From the IMG/VR virus record IMGVR_UViG_3300029448_000002: a DNA stretch of 64,000 nucleotides; one strand, written 5' to 3'. The DNA is from an uncultured virus (IMG/VR IMGVR_UViG_3300029448_000002). Its lineage: Duplodnaviria; Heunggongvirae; Uroviricota; Caudoviricetes. Under the pieces are notes generated by a model that made no database searches, had not been told where the DNA came from, and saw only the letters and a list, made by a program, of their open reading frames with translations. Shown one piece after another: positions 58,971 to 64,000 of this stretch (position 1 is the first letter of the stretch; each line of letters begins with the position of its first letter). Position numbers and translations under genes: made by a program.

Positions 58971-59464
58971 CAATAGAAGTCCCGTGAATTTGTTTGATTG
59001 ATCATTGAAGAGTTGCCACCGTCACCATAGAAGGAAGTGGCACGCCGACCATTGGCAATCTCGTTTCCGTCCTCTGCACCACGTTGGGCAAGACGCATTG
59101 CATCCGACTGACCCATACCATTCTGTGCAAGGAAACGAGCAACGTCCATATTTTGTTGAATTGATTGCCTTGCGACTCTACGATTGTAAAACAATCTTTC
59201 ATCATCGTCATCGACTTCAACAAAACCACGATCTGGTCCTGCATAGACCGTCACGACTGACTTGACAGACACTTTGCCGGTGTCCTTGTCACGAACAATT
59301 TTTAAGTTAGGTGTTTTCTCGGCTGCGGTGACATCATCACCACCTGCACCGGCAATACCACCAAACGATCCCGATGCAACTTGAGTGTTGCTCGGGGAAA
59401 CATTGGGTGGGGGCGAAAGGCTTGGACCACCCAACTCTTCGTCTAGTCGTGGATCAAGTCTCAT
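58970..59464 (-). CDS. Hypothetical protein with MRLDPRLDEE leader
   Basis: ATGA coupling; leader shared with neighbours. Confidence 0.7.
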   Translation of the reverse strand: MRLDPRLDEELGGPSLSPPPNVSPSNTQVASGSFGGIAGAGGDDVTAAEKTPNLKIVRDKDTGKVSVKSVVTVYAGPDRGFVEVDDDDERLFYNRRVARQSIQQNMDVARFLAQNGMGQSDAMRLAQRGAEDGNEIANGRRATSFYGDGGNSSMINQTNSRDFY

Positions 59465-60603
59465 CGAATGCCTTTCTTTTTACTAAATTTTTCAAAAGAT
59501 TCAATCAAAGAATTTTTAGACTCGACCACAGGAGTGGCATAAACAGGATCAATTGGTGTGGTTGGTGTATCTTCTGGTGAGAAATCAGGTCTGACCACTT
59601 GCTCCCCACCGGGAATCGGTAGGTCTTGTGATCCAATACCCGGTCCACCGGGATTCGCACCATAGAATATAATAAGATATTGGAAAATTTGGTACAACAT
59701 TTGAAAACGTGGTGAATTTCTTCCAGTCTGAGTGAACCAATCAGTGGTTCCACTACCCTTGTTTCCCTTTTTGTAAATGAGTTGTAGATATGCGTCTTCA
59801 AACCGACCCTCGACCAAGGCTTTGATCATATTAGGAAATTTTGTAAAGAAACCTGCACCCATTTGATACACAAGATTAAAAATAATTTGAAAAATCATAT
59901 TTAATCCTCGTGTTTCCATATAGAATCCTGCCTCGTTCATTCCTTCGACCACCATATTGAAGTATCTCTTTGAAATCAGTCCAAGGATGATACCGGCGTG
60001 TCCTCTAGTGAGACTTTGTGAACCACCAAATAATCCTGCAATTGTATAGTTTGTTCCATAGACACTATTGATGTAATCAAGTGCGGCTTGTAGACCCTCG
60101 GCATTTTGGGTAAATCCATAACCAATAGTTTTATTACCTTCACTATCGGTGTAAACCGTTCCGCTAAATCCCTCTGGTCCACCGATGTAGTACAAGAACA
60201 TAATCATATTTGAAATGAAGAATGAATTACCACTAAACTGAGACAAGATCGCCTGCAATGCAGCATAAATTTCTTCAATACTTAAATTTGCAGGGTGATC
60301 TTCTCTTTCCGATGCGAACCCACCTCTTCCAATAAGATACTCGATGAACTCATCAAAATTATCTAAGGTAATTGTACCGCCTGCCCAACCGGGAAAGTCA
60401 TCGGGATTGATTCCTTGCAGACCACCACCAACGTCATTGGGTTCTGCCGTGTCTCTGTATAGTAAACGAGGATCAATAATGTTTGGACCTGTTGCATCTG
60501 GTGGTACAAAATCAGGTAAACCTTGTGGATCAACTGCCGATGGAACCTGATTCGGCAGTGAAATTGGACCCATCTCCTCATCAAGCCGTTGATTGATTTT
60601 CAT
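59461..60603 (-). CDS. T4-type (GH24) lysozyme-domain protein with MKINQRLDEE leader
   Basis: EGFSGTVYTDSEGNKTIGYG (E-x8-D-x5-T), NLVYQMG..F.NM..AL..GRFEDA, WFTQT. Confidence 0.85.
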   Translation of the reverse strand: MKINQRLDEEMGPISLPNQVPSAVDPQGLPDFVPPDATGPNIIDPRLLYRDTAEPNDVGGGLQGINPDDFPGWAGGTITLDNFDEFIEYLIGRGGFASEREDHPANLSIEEIYAALQAILSQFSGNSFFISNMIMFLYYIGGPEGFSGTVYTDSEGNKTIGYGFTQNAEGLQAALDYINSVYGTNYTIAGLFGGSQSLTRGHAGIILGLISKRYFNMVVEGMNEAGFYMETRGLNMIFQIIFNLVYQMGAGFFTKFPNMIKALVEGRFEDAYLQLIYKKGNKGSGTTDWFTQTGRNSPRFQMLYQIFQYLIIFYGANPGGPGIGSQDLPIPGGEQVVRPDFSPEDTPTTPIDPVYATPVVESKNSLIESFEKFSKKKGIR

Positions 60604-61721
60604 CGAATACCCTTTCCATCCATACCCTTGTTGTAGCGAGCAAATGCCTTGGCAAACTCACCCTCGACTTGAGCAAGCGGACTGATCGGACTACCGGGAG
60701 GGCTGTGATCAAATGGATCGGGTGGCGGTGTCAACTCTGGTTGGGGAGGACGATCAATGACCTCTGGTGGCATATCTGGAGTGTAGGTATTGATGGGTGG
60801 AATGTAATACCAATTACCATTGTAGAAGAACCAAGTACCACCTTCAAGATATCCCTCTGGAGTGAATTGTGGAATACCATCCTCTTGCTCTCCGGGCATA
60901 ATATAAAGATTCATACCACCATCACTTGCAGCCCTAAGAATTTCTCCAAACGGTCCATCAGCAAGACCCCCACCTTGTTGAAGCATTCCTGCACGAATGA
61001 GTAATAATAATGCTTCGAGACTTATACCCTTACCACTTAAGTAAGTGAAGAAGAAATCGGCAAGATCGCCCACAAGACCCAAACGATCAAGTATTGAGTC
61101 GGGAATGTGAGGATTCCAGAAGAAACGAAGCATCGAGATAAAGTCATCAAAATCACCAGTTGAACCGAAGAAAAGCAACAGAATCGGATTTGTGATTGCG
61201 GAAACAATACCATCGACAACACTCTCCGGCAATCCAAGACTCAACAAAAAGGATCGCAGGAAATCTGCCATATACTGACCTGCTAAGTCTCTGAATTCTT
61301 TCCAATTTTCTCTATAATACAAAAACAATGCGTACAAAGGATGGTCTTTGAAATCAACTATAAGATTACCATCTTCGTCAGTCATTTGTCCAACAGGGAG
61401 AATCAACCAAGGATTGTAGTAGTAATGAGTCGGAAGACCACCGCGACCAACCCATTCGGGTACACCTCTGCCCCGTGGTGCAGTTGGATCATCTTGATCT
61501 TCATTTTCTTCTGCCCACGCACGCATCAAGTTCTCTGTCCAAACCAACCACTCACTGATTGAAATTTCACCATCCCCATCCATATCGGCAGGATACGGAG
61601 GATAACCCGGAGGAACCGGTGTGTTTGGATTCCACCAGAATGGAGGATTGTTCGGATCCCAAGGTGGTTGTTGATCCCCACCACCGGATGCTTCTTCATT
61701 CAAACGTGCGTCGATCTTCAT
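60600..61721 (-). CDS. Hypothetical protein with MKIDARLNEE leader, EF-hand-like loop and hydrophobic helices
   Basis: Start moved to ATG 61721 (AAGGA RBS); DMDGDGEISISE loop; Pro-rich ends. Confidence 0.7.
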   Translation of the reverse strand: MKIDARLNEEASGGGDQQPPWDPNNPPFWWNPNTPVPPGYPPYPADMDGDGEISISEWLVWTENLMRAWAEENEDQDDPTAPRGRGVPEWVGRGGLPTHYYYNPWLILPVGQMTDEDGNLIVDFKDHPLYALFLYYRENWKEFRDLAGQYMADFLRSFLLSLGLPESVVDGIVSAITNPILLLFFGSTGDFDDFISMLRFFWNPHIPDSILDRLGLVGDLADFFFTYLSGKGISLEALLLLIRAGMLQQGGGLADGPFGEILRAASDGGMNLYIMPGEQEDGIPQFTPEGYLEGGTWFFYNGNWYYIPPINTYTPDMPPEVIDRPPQPELTPPPDPFDHSPPGSPISPLAQVEGEFAKAFARYNKGMDGKGIR

Positions 61722-61731
61722 TGCTTTTCCT

Positions 61732-62019
61732 TTAGAACATATGCTTGGCTCGAAGTTCTTTTTCATACTTCGTATTCTTGACACCGGCTCCGTTGCAGAC
61801 CTTTTCCATCACATCTTGAAACCCACCAACGTTATGTGGTTTGTCTACACGATGGTTGTCATCGACTGCCATTGCAGGAGCAGTAAAGAAACCTTGCTTG
61901 ACGGCTTTCTCACCACAAGTAGGACAAGGCTCCTTTGTAGGTTGAAGTCTTGAATCCACCCACTGAAAAGATTCAAATTGGTGGTTGCATTTTTTACATT
62001 GATATTCATACGTCGGCAT
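61732..62019 (-). CDS. FmdB-family zinc-ribbon protein
   Basis: MPTYEYQCKKCNHQFE...CPTCG. Confidence 0.85.
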   Translation of the reverse strand: MPTYEYQCKKCNHQFESFQWVDSRLQPTKEPCPTCGEKAVKQGFFTAPAMAVDDNHRVDKPHNVGGFQDVMEKVCNGAGVKNTKYEKELRAKHMF

Positions 62020-62474
62020 TATAAATTCTCCAATCTACGAAGGTATTTAGTTTTTCTGATCTCCATCGAATCATCAAACAAATTCCAATATTTTAACATT
62101 TCAATTGCCTCTTCCTCAGTCAATTTTTCAAGTGCAAGAGTCGCCTTTCGAGTCGAACGTTTCATCCACTTGACCCAGAGTGCATCATCCCGAACCCATT
62201 GTTCAAGATGACAAAATTCGTGAGCAAGAGTATGATAAATTTCACTTAATTCTTTACCGGCAACGGAGAGACAAAGCGTGCCGGGAGAGTGACGAGTGGG
62301 CGGATCAAAAAAACCATCAGTCGTATCACCATCTGAAACACAAAGACAATCAGATGAAAGAGACAAAGAGAAATTGATACGAAACTTCTCACAACGTCCA
62401 CGAACGTGATGGACAAAAGGACAAGACAAAAGAGTTTCAATGTGAGAAGAATTGATGGTTTTCTTTGAAGTCAT
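62019..62474 (-). CDS. Putative HExxH metallopeptidase-like protein
   Basis: TLAHEFCHLEQW with downstream LEKLTEEEA. Confidence 0.65.
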   Translation of the reverse strand: MTSKKTINSSHIETLLSCPFVHHVRGRCEKFRINFSLSLSSDCLCVSDGDTTDGFFDPPTRHSPGTLCLSVAGKELSEIYHTLAHEFCHLEQWVRDDALWVKWMKRSTRKATLALEKLTEEEAIEMLKYWNLFDDSMEIRKTKYLRRLENL

Positions 62475-62480
62475 TGCGAT

Positions 62481-62508
62481 ATTGTATAGGTGAGTTTTAA
62501 AAAGTCAA
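62481..62508 (-). promoter_or_regulatory. sigma70-type promoter (TTGACT-N16-TACAAT)
   Basis: -35 at 62503-62508, -10 at 62481-62486; ATG follows after 6 nt. Confidence 0.65.
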
Positions 62509-62577
62509 ATGCAAAATCTCGCATATTAATTCAAAAATAATGTATTTTGTGATTTTTCTTGGGGAGGGGTAGTAAGT

Positions 62578-62608
62578 AAAGCCAGCGACCCTTTCGGGTC
62601 GCCAGCGG
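62578..62608 (-). terminator. Intrinsic terminator after the vWA gene
   Basis: GCTGGCGACCC-GAAA-GGGTCGCTGGC hairpin followed by TTT. Confidence 0.75.
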
Positions 62609-62642
62609 TGTGAGTATTAATTTTTTTTAAGTTTTTTTTATT

Positions 62643-64000
62643 TTAGCAGGCGATCATCGCGGTGATTCGCTCCACCAACGGACGAGCCGCGACCTTGCTT
62701 TGCAAGTCCTTGATGAATGCGTTACGAACCTTCGCCTTGCTCGCATCGTCCTTCAACTCATCCATCGCGGTTTCCTGAGCGGAGTCATCAGCCGCCTTGT
62801 CGTAGACAACGAAGCCAGCGTCCCAACCGTCACGGGTTGCCCAATCGTCACCGATCTGTCCCCAAGATTCATTCTTCCAAGTCTTGAGAGCAGCATCACG
62901 TTGGTCAAACTCATTGCGATATTCAAGAATTCTTTTGCCTTCTTTCTTGCTGACCATAAAGAAATTGATGATTTTTGAACCAGTCTCAGCACGAACCCAG
63001 TCGAAGATGGTTTGGCAGGCATACTTGCCACCAGAACGAATCGTGCGATGGCTGTGAGGATCAACAATGCTAGTGGTTTCCGTTCCTGCCTTGTTCCAAT
63101 CGACACCAGTGTCACCCTCACCATCGGTAAGGAAGATGATGGAACCGATCTCGGCTTGAGTCTCACGCATCAGTTGGCTATGGGTGAACTTGGTGATTGC
63201 GACCGATTGACCCAAAGGAGTGCAACCAACGCGGAAGCCGTTGACGTAGCCACGATCAGTGCAGGCTCCCAGAGCCAACATTCGCTGGACATCCATCATA
63301 AAGACATTGCGACGAACGCGAGTGTCCAGAACCTTGAGGTTTCGGCATCCACCCCTGATGTTGCTTCCGGGTTCAAAGCATTCAAACTCAATGCCGCCGC
63401 CGGACTGGAAGACGAAGACCTCGCAAGGAACGCCGACCTTCTGGCAGAACATAGCGAAGATGGCGGCTTGGCGAACCGTGGAAGTGCATTTGCCACGCAT
63501 TGAAGCGGACCAGTCAATCACCACCGTGATGGCGTGGTTCTTGCCATCGGGCTTGATTTCGTTGCGAAGGAACAAATCATCAGTCAATTTGTAATTGTGA
63601 AGTTGGTCCATATCCAGATCGCCAGATTTAGCGATTTGGGTTCGGTGGTCAACGTGGGCGGCTTGCTTACGCTCAAACGCTGTCGCCATCATCGTCGCAG
63701 TGGCTCGCAAGTCACCGATGGTGTTGGCGGCTTGGTCCAAGTTGAACATAGGAAGACCTTGCGTGAGCAACTTGCGAGAATCTTCAAGAGTTTGAACAGC
63801 ATACTTGCTCAGACCCTTGGGAGCGGTGATGGTGGAGTGTGCAACATTGTCGTAGTTGCCGCGAACGTCTTCGTTCATCGCCATATCTCGCAGTGCCTTA
63901 GAGAGAGCATCAGCCGATGATGGCATTTGTTCATCCCAGCCTTGACCGTCGCCTTCAGCACCGCCGTCGCTGGATTCCGATTCGCCCTCTTCGCTCTCGG
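62643..64000 (-). CDS. vWA/MIDAS-domain protein (CobT-like), 5' end beyond the window
   Basis: VVIDWSASM (DxSxS), GCTPL, FLTDGE; KSGDLDMDQLHNYKLTDDLF; frame open to the window end through an acidic linker. Confidence 0.85.
   Translation of the reverse strand, partial: ESEEGESESSDGGAEGDGQGWDEQMPSSADALSKALRDMAMNEDVRGNYDNVAHSTITAPKGLSKYAVQTLEDSRKLLTQGLPMFNLDQAANTIGDLRATATMMATAFERKQAAHVDHRTQIAKSGDLDMDQLHNYKLTDDLFLRNEIKPDGKNHAITVVIDWSASMRGKCTSTVRQAAIFAMFCQKVGVPCEVFVFQSGGGIEFECFEPGSNIRGGCRNLKVLDTRVRRNVFMMDVQRMLALGACTDRGYVNGFRVGCTPLGQSVAITKFTHSQLMRETQAEIGSIIFLTDGEGDTGVDWNKAGTETTSIVDPHSHRTIRSGGKYACQTIFDWVRAETGSKIINFFMVSKKEGKRILEYRNEFDQRDAALKTWKNESWGQIGDDWATRDGWDAGFVVYDKAADDSAQETAMDELKDDASKAKVRNAFIKDLQSKVAARPLVERITAMIAC

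Noticed and set aside
62510..62642. tRNA/ncRNA or origin in the AT-rich gap
   Set aside because: No cloverleaf or iterons; the only hairpin is explained as a terminator.

Overview
A 64-kb piece of a T4-like myovirus genome with the gene order of marine/aquatic T4-like phages; no host DNA, RNA genes, CRISPR arrays or mobile elements were seen. From 1 to 46.7 kb it holds the conserved core. This comprises gp47 (partial), late sigma gp55, UvsW, UvsY, gp3, head genes 23-22-21-67/68-20, tail genes 19-18, terminase 17-16 and neck 15-14-13. It continues with a collagen-repeat fibre, a giant baseplate/fibre protein, baseplate genes (8, 7, 6, 25, PAAR, 5, hub, 53, 48, 54, 26, 51), gp4, gp2, a tape-measure-like gene, gp32 and gp33. 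The 46.7-62.5 kb accessory region is the most interesting part and looks like a capsid-cargo locus. Three ORFs are bead-on-a-string polyproteins whose small basic modules are separated by a conserved EDVQLDE linker matching the gp21 prohead-protease site (L/I-x-E), and homologous modules recur in different polyproteins. A run of ORFs shares short N-terminal leaders ending in L-x-EE, including an unlisted 22-aa ORF resembling the T4 capsid-targeting sequence and a protein with a T4-lysozyme domain. The region also encodes a PEP-CTERM-tailed acidic protein and a Cys-rich GACC-repeat protein, which suggests a Planctomycetota-like host (inference). Regulatory signals are clear: TA(A/C)ATA late boxes, and five sigma70-type promoters that all have a 16-bp spacer, several placed to give leaderless mRNAs. 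All family assignments come from motif recognition and gene order; no database searches were run.
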